Shown here piece after piece: positions 18,177 through 27,693 of a stretch of 32,000 nucleotides of DNA. The notes under the pieces were generated by a model. It had not been told where the DNA came from and searched no databases. It saw nothing but the letters and a program-made list of their open reading frames with translations. Position 1 is the stretch's first letter. The number at the start of each line of letters is the position of its first letter. The translations under genes and the position numbers were made by a program. Origin of the DNA: Anaerolineaceae bacterium (lineage in GTDB: Bacteria > Chloroflexota > Anaerolineae > Anaerolineales > Anaerolineaceae); the NCBI GenBank assembly GCA_040772085.1, contig JAXGYU010000001.1:1475366-1507365 (forward strand), in the 5' to 3' direction.

Positions 18177-18180
18177 GAAT
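18165..18180. promoter_or_regulatory. Candidate ArsR operator
   Basis: Perfect inverted repeat ATTCGT-ATTC-ACGAAT just downstream of the predicted -10. Confidence 0.55.
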
Positions 18181-18183
18181 ATG

Positions 18184-18211
18184 AGTATACGTCTAATTTG
18201 GCTGCTGTCAA
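18184..18211 (-). promoter_or_regulatory. Predicted sigma70-like promoter of arsR operon
   Basis: Minus strand TTGACA (18211-18206), 16 bp, TATACT (18189-18184). The -35 overlaps the stop codon of the DUF1232 gene. Confidence 0.7.
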
Positions 18212-18621
18212 GATGCGGCGCCGGATCGCGCCAGCCAGGCACGCCAGAGGATGTAGATGATGATCAGCAGCACCAGCAGCCAGAGGGCTGCGATGATCAG
18301 CGCGCCGGATTTGATGACCGGCTTGCCTTCACCTGCCAGGGTGCTTGCGCGCTCACGGCTCTCGCGCATGACCTCTGCCGGCACCAGCCGCAGTACCAGG
18401 AAGATGCCGACCGGCAGCAGAATCAGGTCATCCAGGTAGCCCAGTATGGGAATAAAATCGGGAATCAGGTCGATGGGGCTGAAGGCGTAGGCAATCACCA
18501 GCGCTGTCAATGCCTTGGCGTACCAGGGGGTGCGCGGGTCGCGGTATGCGAGCAGCAGCGCGCTCAGTTCCAGCTCAAGATCTTCAGCCCAATCCTTCCA
18601 GCGTGCCAGCCAGTTTTTCAT
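18208..18621 (-). CDS. DUF1232 (YkvA-like) membrane protein
   Basis: KALTALVIAYAFSPIDLIPDFIPILGYLDDLILLPVGIFLVLRLVP, the signature DUF1232 segment. Confidence 0.9.
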   Translation of the reverse strand: MKNWLARWKDWAEDLELELSALLLAYRDPRTPWYAKALTALVIAYAFSPIDLIPDFIPILGYLDDLILLPVGIFLVLRLVPAEVMRESRERASTLAGEGKPVIKSGALIIAALWLLVLLIIIYILWRAWLARSGAAS

Positions 18622-18704
18622 CAGTGAAATTTTATTCCCCGTCAGGCGGCGTGGATAGGGTAGAATTCAGGCGTATTCAGCCAACAAATCCGGAAGGCGC
18701 CCAC

Positions 18705-19283
18705 ATGAACCTGCGACAAGCTCCCCGTTTCCCTTACGACTTTATTGACCACATGCTGTTTTCGGAAGAAGAAATCAAGCAGCGGGTTGACGAACTCGCC
18801 GCCCAGATCACGGAAGACTATAAGGGCTCCGAGAACTTGCTGCTGCTCGGGCTGCTGCGCGGCTCGGTGATGTTCATCACCGATCTGATGCGCGCCATCA
18901 ACCTGCCGATGACCATGGATTTCATGTCGGTGTCGTCGTATGCCGGCAGCAAGACCACCGGTTTCATCCGTATCGACTCCGACCATAAGACCAATATCGC
19001 CGGCTGGGATGTGATTTTGGTCGATGACATCGTCGACTCGGGGTACACCCTTTACACGATCAAGAAGCTGCTGCTCGAGCGCCATCCCAAGAGTCTCAGG
19101 CTGTGCGCCTTGCTGGACAAGGAAGACCGGCGCAAAGTCGATATCCCGATCGATTATCGCGGCTTTGTCATCCCCGACCTGTTCGTCGTCGGCTACGGGC
19201 TCGATTGTGATGAACGCGGCCGCAACCTGCCGTATATCGCTTCAGTCAACTTCGAACGCTTCAAGGCTCAGCAGGAACGGTAA
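18705..19283 (+). CDS. hpt: Hypoxanthine phosphoribosyltransferase
   Basis: PRPP-binding motif WDVILVDDIVDSGYTL; LLRGSVMFITDLMRAI; LLDKEDRRKVDIPIDYRGFVIPDLFVVGYGLDCDERGRNLP. Confidence 0.95.
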   Translation: MNLRQAPRFPYDFIDHMLFSEEEIKQRVDELAAQITEDYKGSENLLLLGLLRGSVMFITDLMRAINLPMTMDFMSVSSYAGSKTTGFIRIDSDHKTNIAGWDVILVDDIVDSGYTLYTIKKLLLERHPKSLRLCALLDKEDRRKVDIPIDYRGFVIPDLFVVGYGLDCDERGRNLPYIASVNFERFKAQQER

Positions 19284-19299
19284 AACAACCACCAGTAAA

Positions 19300-19341
19300 A
19301 TTCAGAATAACCGCCGTCTGGCGGTTTTTCGTATTCTGAAT
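19300..19341 (+). terminator. Terminator-like extended hairpin after hpt
   Basis: Inner stem AACCGCC-GTCT-GGCGGTT then TTT, nested in an outer perfect pair ATTCAGAATA / TATTCTGAAT. Confidence 0.75.
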
Positions 19342-19438
19342 TCTGACATCTGACAGTACGCCGGGTGATGTTCGCCCTGACGCTGTTGAGCCCCTGTGGC
19401 GTTACAATCTAATGGGGAGAATCTTCCGGAGGGTACTC

Positions 19439-20194
19439 ATGACCATACCAGCCTATCAACATGAAGTCATCGTGCGTGATTATGAAACTGACCTGAACAG
19501 CCGCTGGAAGCCATCCAGCTTTTTCCGGCTGATCCAGTACTCGGGCAGCAGCCACGCTAACCTGGCTGGTTATGATTTTTACGACCTGATGGCGACCGGC
19601 AGAGCCTGGGTTCTCTACCGCATACGGATGCGCATGCTGCGTTATCCCGCCATCAAGGACCGCCTGATCATGCACACCTGGATCAATGGCTACCAGCAAA
19701 AGCTGCTGTACCTGCGCGGGTTCAAGGTGGAGGACGAGCAAGGGAACCTGGTGGCGGACGCCATCAGCGCGTCGTTGCTGATTGATCTCAAGAACCGGCA
19801 GATCCTGAAACCGTCCAGCATTCCCGAGCACAAGGTCTTCGACATTCCCGACCCGACGCCGCATGAACCGCTGGAGAAAATCGACGCACCGCAGGACATG
19901 CCCGAGTGCTATCAGATCAAAGCCACTTACAGCCAGCTCGACATGGTCGGTCATGTCAACAATGCCAATTACGTCGACTGGGTGTGCGACTGTTTCGAAC
20001 CGGATTTTCACCGGAAGCATCAGATGGAAAGCATTCAGATCAATTTTTTGCAGGAGATCCGGCCCGACGAACAGATCAGCATGCGCATGGCGCCGGAATC
20101 CGGCAAAACCGCGACCTGGCTGGTCAGCGGCGAGAACCTCAACCGGCCGATGCGCGCCTTTGACGCGCGGGTGTCGTGGGTGCCGCGTCCGTAG
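19439..20194 (+). CDS. Acyl-ACP thioesterase family protein
   Basis: EVIVRDYETDLNSRWKPSSFFRLIQYSGSSHANLAGYDFYDL...RAWVLYRIRMRMLRYP and QLDMVGHVNNANYVDWVCDCF (double hotdog). GGAGG RBS before ATG 19439. Confidence 0.88.
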   Translation: MTIPAYQHEVIVRDYETDLNSRWKPSSFFRLIQYSGSSHANLAGYDFYDLMATGRAWVLYRIRMRMLRYPAIKDRLIMHTWINGYQQKLLYLRGFKVEDEQGNLVADAISASLLIDLKNRQILKPSSIPEHKVFDIPDPTPHEPLEKIDAPQDMPECYQIKATYSQLDMVGHVNNANYVDWVCDCFEPDFHRKHQMESIQINFLQEIRPDEQISMRMAPESGKTATWLVSGENLNRPMRAFDARVSWVPRP

Positions 20195-20205
20195 ACCGAC
20201 TCTGG

Positions 20206-21048
20206 TTATGACTTCTGGACGCGCTTGCTGAATAATCCTTTATGTGGGGCGAACAGGAATGCCAGCAGGAAGAATGCCGTGGCAACCAGCACAATAGCTG
20301 ACCCCGAGACGATGTTGGTGTAATAGCTCAAGTACAGTCCGACGATGCTCGACAGACCGCCGATCAGAGCAGCCAGTGCCATCATCGAGGGCAGCCGGCG
20401 TGTGAGCAGGTAAGCCGCGGCGCCAGGCGTGACGAGCATGGCAGCCACAAGACCAACACCGACCGTTTGAATTGATATCACGATCGTCAGGCCGATGATC
20501 ACCAGTTGCAGGTTGCGCAGCAGTTTGACCGGCAGCTTCATCGTCGCCGCCAGCACCGGGTCGAAGGAGATCAGCAGGAAGGGCTTGTAGAGAATGGCAA
20601 TCGCCAGCAGGATCAGCACGCCCACCCCAGCCATCAGCCACAAATCAGACGCGGAGACACCGAGGACATTACCGAAGAGAATATGGGAAAGGTCGACCGC
20701 GTAGGACCCCATGCTGGAAATCAGCGCGACGCCCAGCGCCAGCGCCGCGGCGAACAGGATGCCGATGGCGGTGTCTTCCTTGATGTTGCCCTGAGAGGAG
20801 AAATATCCGATGCCCAGCGCCACCAGCACAGCCGCGACCAGCGCGCCAAAGAGCAGATTGACATTCAGCAAATATGCCACGGCGATGCCGGGCAAAATGG
20901 CATGCGCCAGCGCGTCGCCCAGGAACGCCATAGATTTGAGGACGACATAACAACCAACGACAGCACAGACAATGCCGACGATCACGGCTGCCAGCATGCC
21001 GCGCTGCATGAAGGCGTATTGCAGAGGCTCGAGCAGGATATCGATCAC
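20206..21048 (-). CDS. znuB: Metal ABC transporter permease (ZnuB/MntB family)
   Basis: LEPLQYAFMQRGMLAAVIVGIVCAVVGCYVVLKSMAFLGDALAHAILPGIAVAYLL; VGVGLVAAMLVTPGAAAYLLTRRL. Confidence 0.9.
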   Translation of the reverse strand: MIDILLEPLQYAFMQRGMLAAVIVGIVCAVVGCYVVLKSMAFLGDALAHAILPGIAVAYLLNVNLLFGALVAAVLVALGIGYFSSQGNIKEDTAIGILFAAALALGVALISSMGSYAVDLSHILFGNVLGVSASDLWLMAGVGVLILLAIAILYKPFLLISFDPVLAATMKLPVKLLRNLQLVIIGLTIVISIQTVGVGLVAAMLVTPGAAAYLLTRRLPSMMALAALIGGLSSIVGLYLSYYTNIVSGSAIVLVATAFFLLAFLFAPHKGLFSKRVQKS

Positions 21049-21866
21049 CTTGCGCCTCCATTGCCGTTATGCGTCGGACAGCAGTGGTCAACCACCAGCA
21101 TGCCGCCTGACGAGAATAATTGCCCGCCGAATGCCTCGCGCAGATTCTCCGTGGAGAGCGCGCTTTCCGGCGGACCGTACGAGATCAGCTTGCCGTTCAG
21201 CAGCATGACATTTCTGAACTTTTCCGATGCCAGGTTGAGGTCATGGGTGGAGACCATGATGGTGATGCCCTGGTCATTCAGGGACTGCAGCAATTCGAGG
21301 GTAGCCTCTTCGGTCGCGGCGTCCACGCCGTTGAAAGGCTCATCGAGCAGGAGCAGATGCGGCTGCTGCGCCAGCGCGCGCGCCAGATACACGCGCTGCA
21401 ACTGACCGCCCGAGAGGTCGGTCAGTTGCCGGCCAGCCAGATCAGCGATGCCCATCTGCGCCAGGCTGTATTCAACCGCCGCGCGGTCCAGGGTATCCTG
21501 CCTGGCAAACAACCCCTGCTTGGTGAAGCGCCCCATGCTGACGACATCCTGCACTGTGACAGGAAAGTGTGTGTCCGCTTCACTGCGCTGGGGTACATAG
21601 GCGATGCAGCCTTTGAAAGTCCCTACCGGCTGGCAGTGGATCAGCGCTTCGCCGCCCTGTAAGGGCAGCACACCAGCCAGCGTTTTGAACAGCGTGGATT
21701 TGCCCGCGCCATTCGGTCCGACAACAGCCACCTGGTCGCCGGCCGGGATAGTAAGGGTGACATCTCGCAGGATGGTGCGACCGGGATAACCCATCACCGC
21801 TCCGCGCAAATCGAGGTTTGCCGGGCTGTGATCGTCCCGCACTTGCGTCCGGCTAGGCGTTTTCAT
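21045..21866 (-). CDS. znuC: Metal ABC transporter ATP-binding protein (ZnuC/MntA family)
   Basis: Walker A GPNGAGKSTLF, signature LSGGQLQRVYLARAL, Walker B LLLLDEPFNGVD. 4-bp overlap with znuB. Confidence 0.92.
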   Translation of the reverse strand: MKTPSRTQVRDDHSPANLDLRGAVMGYPGRTILRDVTLTIPAGDQVAVVGPNGAGKSTLFKTLAGVLPLQGGEALIHCQPVGTFKGCIAYVPQRSEADTHFPVTVQDVVSMGRFTKQGLFARQDTLDRAAVEYSLAQMGIADLAGRQLTDLSGGQLQRVYLARALAQQPHLLLLDEPFNGVDAATEEATLELLQSLNDQGITIMVSTHDLNLASEKFRNVMLLNGKLISYGPPESALSTENLREAFGGQLFSSGGMLVVDHCCPTHNGNGGAR

Positions 21867-22792
21867 TTCAATGCCTCCGCGATCACGTCGATGTTATGGC
21901 GCATCATGCCCAGGTATCCATCGCCCGCCTGACCATTGCTGAGAATCGAGTGCGTGTGCAGGTTGGTGATTACTTTGATGCCGGTCTCAGCCGCAAGCTG
22001 GTCAGCCAGCTTGGTGCTGCCGCCCTGCTCGAGGAAGATCGCCCTGGCGCCGGTGCTGCGAATCAGGTCTACCAGCGCCGCCAGGTCGCGGGCGGAGGGT
22101 TCCGCGTCGCTGCTGAAGCCGGGGATGATGGTGCCGACCAGCGTAAAGCCATAGCGGTCAGCGAAGTACCCGAGAGATTCATGCGTGGTCACCAGTTGGC
22201 GGCGCTCCGCGGGGATCTGGTCGGTTTTTTGCCGGATGTATAGATCCAGCTCCCTGAGTTTTGAGATGTACGTCTCCGCGTTGGCTTTATAGTCCGAGGC
22301 ATGCTGCGGGTCATGCTGGCTGAGCGCCTGCTCAATGTTGGCAGCATAGGTGATCACCAGGTTTGGGTCGAGCCAGAAATGAGGGTCGATCCCATGCGCG
22401 TGCTCATCGGCCGCGTGGTCATCGTGTTCGTCAGCCTTTACTTCACGCGCCTGCAAACCCTCCGAGGCGCTGACGATGACGGTGTCGCCGCCGGCGTTCT
22501 TCACCAGATTGGTCAGCCAGGTTTCCAGTTCGCCGCCGTTGACGATGAACAGGTCGGTCTCCGCGATCAGGGCAACGTCTTTGGGTGCCGGCTGCCAGGT
22601 ATGCGGGTCCGTGCCATCGGGCATCAGCGAGGTGACGGTCAGATGGCTGCCGGCAACTTGTTGGGCTATGCCAGCCAGGAAAGATTCAGCGGCAACCACT
22701 TTGAGCGCTTGGCCGGTCTTTTGTTTCTGTGCTGGCTGGCACGCAGCCAGCGACAGAGATAGTAGCAGGAATAAGGGAATCAGTTTTTTCAA
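21863..22792 (-). CDS. znuA: Zinc/manganese ABC transporter substrate-binding lipoprotein (ZnuA-like)
   Basis: LKKLIPLFLLLSLSLAACQPAQ lipobox; SLMPDGTDPHTWQPAPKD; acidic/His loop EVKADEHDDHAADEHAHGIDPHFWLDPN. The track extends to 22894, but TTG at 22792 follows GGAG. Confidence 0.9.
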   Translation of the reverse strand: MKKLIPLFLLLSLSLAACQPAQKQKTGQALKVVAAESFLAGIAQQVAGSHLTVTSLMPDGTDPHTWQPAPKDVALIAETDLFIVNGGELETWLTNLVKNAGGDTVIVSASEGLQAREVKADEHDDHAADEHAHGIDPHFWLDPNLVITYAANIEQALSQHDPQHASDYKANAETYISKLRELDLYIRQKTDQIPAERRQLVTTHESLGYFADRYGFTLVGTIIPGFSSDAEPSARDLAALVDLIRSTGARAIFLEQGGSTKLADQLAAETGIKVITNLHTHSILSNGQAGDGYLGMMRHNIDVIAEALK

Positions 22793-22805
22793 CGGGTAAG
22801 CTCCA

Positions 22806-23252
22806 TTAATGGTTTTGCGCGGTGCGGCACTCCGGACATTTGCCGAAGAATTGCAGCCAATGTTCAGTGATTTTGAAGCGGCTCTGCTTTTCAACTTTTT
22901 TGATCAGCGCGCTCAGGTCGTCACCTTCGAAGTAGGTCACTTTGCCGCAATCCTGGCAGACCAGCAGGTGCTGATGTCCGACCGTGGCGCGGATGTAGAG
23001 GTTGCAGCCATGCGGACGGTGCACGCGCTCGATCAGACCGAGCTGGGTCAGGGTTTCTAGCGTGCGGTAAACAGTCACCATCCCCAGACTGGCATAGGTC
23101 TGGTGCCCGCGCTGGTAAATCTCGAGCGGTTCCATGCCATAAGGTGTATTGAGGATCGTTTCAACGATCACGCGCCGTGAGCGCGTCTGACGGAAGCCAT
23201 GCTGCTGCAAGGCGTCCATCCATTGGTCAGCGATAGATTGGGTATCGGTCAT
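22806..23252 (-). CDS. fur: Fur-family metalloregulator (Zur/Fur/MntR-like specificity unresolved)
   Basis: ALQQHGFRQTRSRRVIVETIL, YRTLETLTQLGLIERV, HQHLLVCQDCGKV, FGKCPECR; first gene of a znuACB-like operon. Confidence 0.92.
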   Translation of the reverse strand: MTDTQSIADQWMDALQQHGFRQTRSRRVIVETILNTPYGMEPLEIYQRGHQTYASLGMVTVYRTLETLTQLGLIERVHRPHGCNLYIRATVGHQHLLVCQDCGKVTYFEGDDLSALIKKVEKQSRFKITEHWLQFFGKCPECRTAQNH

Positions 23253-23282
23253 AATTGAAAATGATAATCATTTTCAATTATG
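23250..23282. promoter_or_regulatory. Fur-box-like operator overlapping fur start codon
   Basis: 33-bp perfect palindrome with 1-bp centre: CATAATTGAAAATGAT-A-ATCATTTTCAATTATG. The core GAAAATGATAATCATTTTC matches 17/19 of GATAATGATAATCATTATC. Confidence 0.85.
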
Positions 23283-23381
23283 GTGTCAAGGTTGGACAAT
23301 GGACTTCAGCCCCGCATAGAGGGCGTGAGGCAGTCGCCAGCCAGTCATACCTTTCGCCCCCGCAATGAGATGTCATTATTA

Positions 23382-23409
23382 CAAAAAACGGATTCCGCGT
23401 GCGGAATCC
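23382..23409 (-). terminator. Rho-independent terminator of the pst-phoU-arsC unit
   Basis: Perfect 9-bp stem GGATTCCGC-GT-GCGGAATCC followed on the minus strand by GTTTTTT. Confidence 0.85.
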
Positions 23410-23433
23410 CTTCGGAATTCTGGATGGTTGCGG

Positions 23434-23919
23434 TTACTTCAATAAATCGTGCGCGTGGTGGCGCGCGCCATTGACTGTTGGTTCTTCATCCTTTGAATCG
23501 GAGAAGGCTTCCACCACCGGCAATACCTGAGCCTCGATCGCGTCACGCACCTCACGGAACACCGGCAACTGCTCTATAAGCGTGCCTTGCGCCTTGGCAG
23601 GGTCAGGGAAACCGATGTGCAGCCGCTTGCCGCCATACGGCCAGAACGGACAGTTTTCCGCCGCGGCATCGCAGACCGAAATGACCATGTCAAACGCCTG
23701 CCCGGCGAAATGGCTCATCGATTTCGAAGTCCCCTGATGATCGATGTCTCGTTCGGCCAGCACTGCCAGCGCCGCTGGGTGGACGTAGCCTGCCGGCTGT
23801 GTGCCGGCACTGAACGCCTCCCAATGGTCGCCCAATCGCGCGTTCACCAGCGCCTCAGCCATCTGACTGCGCGCTGAATTTCCCGTACACAAAAACAAAA
23901 CCCGGTACCTGGCGCTCAT
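23434..23919 (-). CDS. arsC: Arsenate reductase, low-molecular-weight phosphatase-like (thioredoxin-coupled class)
   Basis: VLFLCTGNSARSQMAEAL (CX5R-S), DMVISVCDAAAENCPFWP, GFPDPAKAQG. Confidence 0.93.
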   Translation of the reverse strand: MSARYRVLFLCTGNSARSQMAEALVNARLGDHWEAFSAGTQPAGYVHPAALAVLAERDIDHQGTSKSMSHFAGQAFDMVISVCDAAAENCPFWPYGGKRLHIGFPDPAKAQGTLIEQLPVFREVRDAIEAQVLPVVEAFSDSKDEEPTVNGARHHAHDLLK

Positions 23920-24611
23920 GCGGCACCGCCCGGCAAAACTTCCGTTGTATCCAATTCTTTTACTTCTCCTGTATTGACATAAACAATTCGTTCACAAATA
24001 TTGATCACCCGATCCGCCAGCCTTTCCAGGTTGTGCGCGGCCCACATCAGGTAGCTCACCGTCTCCGCTTGCTGCGGATCCTTAATCATCAACTGCATCA
24101 AACCCTTGTGGACGCGGTTATAGAGCGTGTCGACCTGGTCATCATCAGCCGCGATGCTGCGGGCTGTCTCGACATCATTCGCGGTGAAGGCGTTCAATGC
24201 CCGGCGCAGCATCGAAAGTCCCATATCAGCCATGGACTGCAAGTCTTTCATCACCTCGGGGTAATTGACTTCTTCCAGCATCAGGTTGATCTTGGAGATG
24301 CCTTTGGCATAATCGCCGATGCGCTCGAGCTCGGTGATGATCTCCATGATGGCTGCCAGGTAACGCACATCGCGCCCCATCGGCTGCTGGGTAGCGAGCA
24401 GAATGATGCATTCATTTTCAATGGCATAACGGCGCTCGTTGATCACCTGGTCCTGCTGATAAATCACGCGGGCGAGGTTGCGGTCCTGACGCTTGAGCGC
24501 GTCTACCGCCTTGATGACAGCCTGTTCGACCAGGCTGCCGAGGATCAGCACCTCATCCATCAATCGCTTCAGATGGCGGTCAAAGGTCAGGCGCGTGGTG
24601 TACAAAGTCAT
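23916..24611 (-). CDS. phoU: Phosphate signalling complex protein PhoU
   Basis: MTLYTTRLTFDRHLKRLMDEVLILGSLVEQAVIKAVDALKRQD...ELERIGDYAKGI...HNLERLADRVINICERIVY. Confidence 0.95.
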   Translation of the reverse strand: MTLYTTRLTFDRHLKRLMDEVLILGSLVEQAVIKAVDALKRQDRNLARVIYQQDQVINERRYAIENECIILLATQQPMGRDVRYLAAIMEIITELERIGDYAKGISKINLMLEEVNYPEVMKDLQSMADMGLSMLRRALNAFTANDVETARSIAADDDQVDTLYNRVHKGLMQLMIKDPQQAETVSYLMWAAHNLERLADRVINICERIVYVNTGEVKELDTTEVLPGGAA

Positions 24612-24628
24612 AAATAGCCTCTAATTGT

Positions 24629-25426
24629 CTAACCGAACCTGCCGGTAATATACGCCTCGGTACGCGGGTCGGAGGGTCTGGTGAAGATATCCGTCGTCGC
24701 GCCGTATTCAACCAGTATGCCGGCACGGTCTTCATCCATGGTGAGGAAGGCAGTGTTATCTGAAACGCGGGCTGCCTGCTGCATGTTATGCGTGACGACG
24801 ATAATGCTGAAATCCTGCGCCAGTTCGCGCATCAGCTCTTCAATCTTTAATGTCGCGATGGGATCCAGCGCTGAAGCCGGTTCGTCCATCAGGATAATCT
24901 GCGGCTGAATGGCAATGGCGCGCGCGATGCACAAGCGCTGCTGCTGACCGCCCGAGAGCGACAGCCCGCTCTGCTTCAGCTTGTCCTTGACCTCGTCCCA
25001 CAGCGCTGCCTTGCGCAGGCAATGTTCGACCCATTCGTCCATGTTGGGCGCGCCAATACCGGTGCTGAAACCATTGATGCGCGGTCCCCAGGCGACATTT
25101 TCATAGATCGATTTCGGGAAGGGGTTCGGCTTCTGGAAGACCATGCCGATCTGCCGGCGAACGTTGACGGGATCGATATCAGGCGCGTAAATATTCTCGC
25201 CCCTGAAGAGAATCTCACCCTCCAGCCGCGCGCCGGGGACCAGCTCATTCATGCGGTTGAACGATCGCAGCAGCGTCGATTTACCGCAGCCTGACGGCCC
25301 GATGATCGCGGTGACTTTGTTCTCTTCCACCGCCACCGAGATATTTTTGATCGCCCTGAAAGAGCCATAGTAGATGCTGATGTCATTGGCTTCAATGGCG
25401 TATGAGCTCTTTTCATCAACGGTCAT
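24629..25426 (-). CDS. pstB: Phosphate ABC transporter ATP-binding protein
   Basis: [58 protein letters not shown]. Start chosen at MTVDEK; the track extends to 25465. Confidence 0.96.
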   Translation of the reverse strand: MTVDEKSSYAIEANDISIYYGSFRAIKNISVAVEENKVTAIIGPSGCGKSTLLRSFNRMNELVPGARLEGEILFRGENIYAPDIDPVNVRRQIGMVFQKPNPFPKSIYENVAWGPRINGFSTGIGAPNMDEWVEHCLRKAALWDEVKDKLKQSGLSLSGGQQQRLCIARAIAIQPQIILMDEPASALDPIATLKIEELMRELAQDFSIIVVTHNMQQAARVSDNTAFLTMDEDRAGILVEYGATTDIFTRPSDPRTEAYITGRFG

Positions 25427-26666
25427 AAAGTGCCTTCCTGTAACGATTGCGCATGATGATGGCAATCGCGTTAAGTGAGAGTAACATGATCAACAGCACC
25501 AATATAGCACCAGCGGCAAGATTGCGAAACTCCGGTTGCGGGCGCGCCGTCCACTGGTAGATCTGGATCGGCAGGCTGGTGAATTTTGAGAAGGGGCTGT
25601 TCGGATCGAAGGTGATATATGTCGCCGCGCCAACCACGACCAACGGAGCGGTTTCACCGATGGCGCGCGAGATGGCGAGGATGGTGCCGGTCATGATGCC
25701 CGGGATAGCGCTCGGCAGCACATGATGCCAGATCGTCTGCCACTTGGTCGCGCCCAGTCCATAACTTGCCTGACGCAAGGCGTTGGACACCGACCGGATG
25801 GCTTCCTGGGCGTTGATGATGATCAGCGGCAGTACCAGCAATGCCAGCGTCCAGCCAGCGGAGAGCACGGTGCGCCCGTTGGCGGTGCCCGGCTCACCGA
25901 TGCCGAAAATGGCGCCGCTGGTGATCGGCTCCAGGGTACGGACGAAGATCGCCAGTCCCAGCATACCGTAAATAATGGAGGGAACGCCGGCGAGATTGGC
26001 GATATTGGTCTGGATGACACGGTTCAATCTGGAGTCAGCCGCGTACTCCTCGAGGTAAATGGCAGCGCCGACACCAATGGGAAACGCCACCAAAATGGTA
26101 ATCAGGATCGTCCAGAGTGAACCGAGGACGGCTGTGCGCACGCCCGCCAGCAAGGGGTCGGATGATTGCGGATGGGTCAGCATCTTTTTGCTGATCCAGT
26201 TCTGAAAGCGCAGTTCGCCTTTGGGCACCTTCGCTTCAAATTCCGCCTGGATCTGGTCACGATGGAAGAGGGAATCGTAGAGCAGCCAGGTTTGCGCGAC
26301 CTGCGGTTTGACAACTTCCTCCCAGACCAGGTCATAAATGTTTTCAGTGCTGCGTTCTTCCCAGGGTATCTCACGATTCAATTGGCGGAAACGTCCTTTT
26401 GAGATATTTGCCTCCAGGGTAACCATCAACGTTTCTTTATCCTGAGACTCAATCGGCACGCCGTTGACCGCCAGCGTATCGGGGTCCACTTTGGTTTTGA
26501 AGGCGACGTAACCAAACGCCTGATTGATGATATTGAGCAGCAGCAGCGCCAGGAAGACAATGCCGACTGCCGTCGATGCCAGGAAGATGACATTCCAGAT
26601 CTTCTCGGAACGGTGCCGCTTTTCGACATTGCTGACGAATTTCGGGGTCAGATGGCTGCTGCTCAT
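25416..26666 (-). CDS. pstA: Phosphate ABC transporter permease PstA with expanded N-terminal loop
   Basis: Core [53 protein letters not shown]; ~125 aa hydrophilic segment between TM1 and the permease core. Confidence 0.93.
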   Translation of the reverse strand: MSSSHLTPKFVSNVEKRHRSEKIWNVIFLASTAVGIVFLALLLLNIINQAFGYVAFKTKVDPDTLAVNGVPIESQDKETLMVTLEANISKGRFRQLNREIPWEERSTENIYDLVWEEVVKPQVAQTWLLYDSLFHRDQIQAEFEAKVPKGELRFQNWISKKMLTHPQSSDPLLAGVRTAVLGSLWTILITILVAFPIGVGAAIYLEEYAADSRLNRVIQTNIANLAGVPSIIYGMLGLAIFVRTLEPITSGAIFGIGEPGTANGRTVLSAGWTLALLVLPLIIINAQEAIRSVSNALRQASYGLGATKWQTIWHHVLPSAIPGIMTGTILAISRAIGETAPLVVVGAATYITFDPNSPFSKFTSLPIQIYQWTARPQPEFRNLAAGAILVLLIMLLSLNAIAIIMRNRYRKALYDR

Positions 26667-27616
26667 TCCTGCACCTCGCGGAACTTGCGCACGATGTACT
26701 GGCTGATCATATTGAGCACCAGCGTGATCAGGAAGAGGAAGAGACCGATGGCGAACAGGCTGTTGTAATCGACCGAGTCGTAACTCAGGTCACCGCCCGA
26801 GATGCGGACAATATGACCGGTCATGGTCTCAGCACCTTTGAATGGATTGAAGGTAAAGTTAGGCCCGGCGCCAGCTGCCAGCGCGACGATCATGGTCTCA
26901 CCGATGGCGCGCGAAACACCGACAATGAACGCCGCCGCGATGCCGGAGATGGCAGCCGGCACAACGACTTTGATGGCGGTCTCGAGCTTGGTCGCGCCAA
27001 GTCCGTACGCGGCTTCACGCAAGGCGCGCGGCACCGCGGAGAGCGCGTCCTCACTCATGGAGGAGATCAGCGGCAGGATCAGGATGCCCATCACCAGACC
27101 GGCTGAGGCGGTGTTGTAGATGTTGACTGTGTCTACGCCGAAGATTGTGCGCAGCAGCGGCGTCATGAAGGTGAGCGCGAAGTAACCGTAAACCACGGTC
27201 GGGATGCCGGCGAGCACTTCCAGCACGGGTTTGAGAAAATTGCGCACCTTCGTGCTGGCGTATTCGCTCAGGTAAATTGCCACGGCCAGGCCCAGCGGTA
27301 ACGCGATCATCATGGCGACGCTGGTCGTCAGTAAAGTCGCATTCAGCAGCGGCAGAATACCGAACTCACCCGCTGCGGGCTGCCACTTTGTATTGGTGAA
27401 GAACTCCCACAAGGTAACTTCAGGCAACTTGAAGAACAGAAACGCTTCCTTGCCGATTTCATAAACAATTCCCACGGTGATGAAAATGGAAAAGATGCCG
27501 CAAAACAACAGGAACATCTGAATGAAGCGTTCGCTGACGCGCGGTTTGCGGCGTAATTCTCTGGCGAGATCGCTTTCCTTCCGAACCATTTTCCGTGAGT
27601 TATCAGTTATTTCCAC
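26663..27616 (-). CDS. pstC: Phosphate ABC transporter permease PstC
   Basis: LLPLLNATLLTTSVAMMIALPLGLAVAIYLSEYAS, LEVLAGIPTVVYGYFALTFMTPLLR, REAAYGLGATKLETAIKVVVPAAISG. Exact start uncertain (27616 or 27589; track 27682). Confidence 0.93.
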   Translation of the reverse strand: MEITDNSRKMVRKESDLARELRRKPRVSERFIQMFLLFCGIFSIFITVGIVYEIGKEAFLFFKLPEVTLWEFFTNTKWQPAAGEFGILPLLNATLLTTSVAMMIALPLGLAVAIYLSEYASTKVRNFLKPVLEVLAGIPTVVYGYFALTFMTPLLRTIFGVDTVNIYNTASAGLVMGILILPLISSMSEDALSAVPRALREAAYGLGATKLETAIKVVVPAAISGIAAAFIVGVSRAIGETMIVALAAGAGPNFTFNPFKGAETMTGHIVRISGGDLSYDSVDYNSLFAIGLFLFLITLVLNMISQYIVRKFREVQE

Positions 27617-27693
27617 TATTTTTTCCCAATTCTTTAGCCAATTGACCGCAGGTTTCTGGTAGAAACCTGCGGTCTGTACCAATAATCAACCTA

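Noticed and set aside
23280-23474. 64 aa plus-strand ORF divergent from fur
   Set aside because: No clear RBS, crosses the arsC terminator and 3' end; the start abuts the Fur-like operator by chance.
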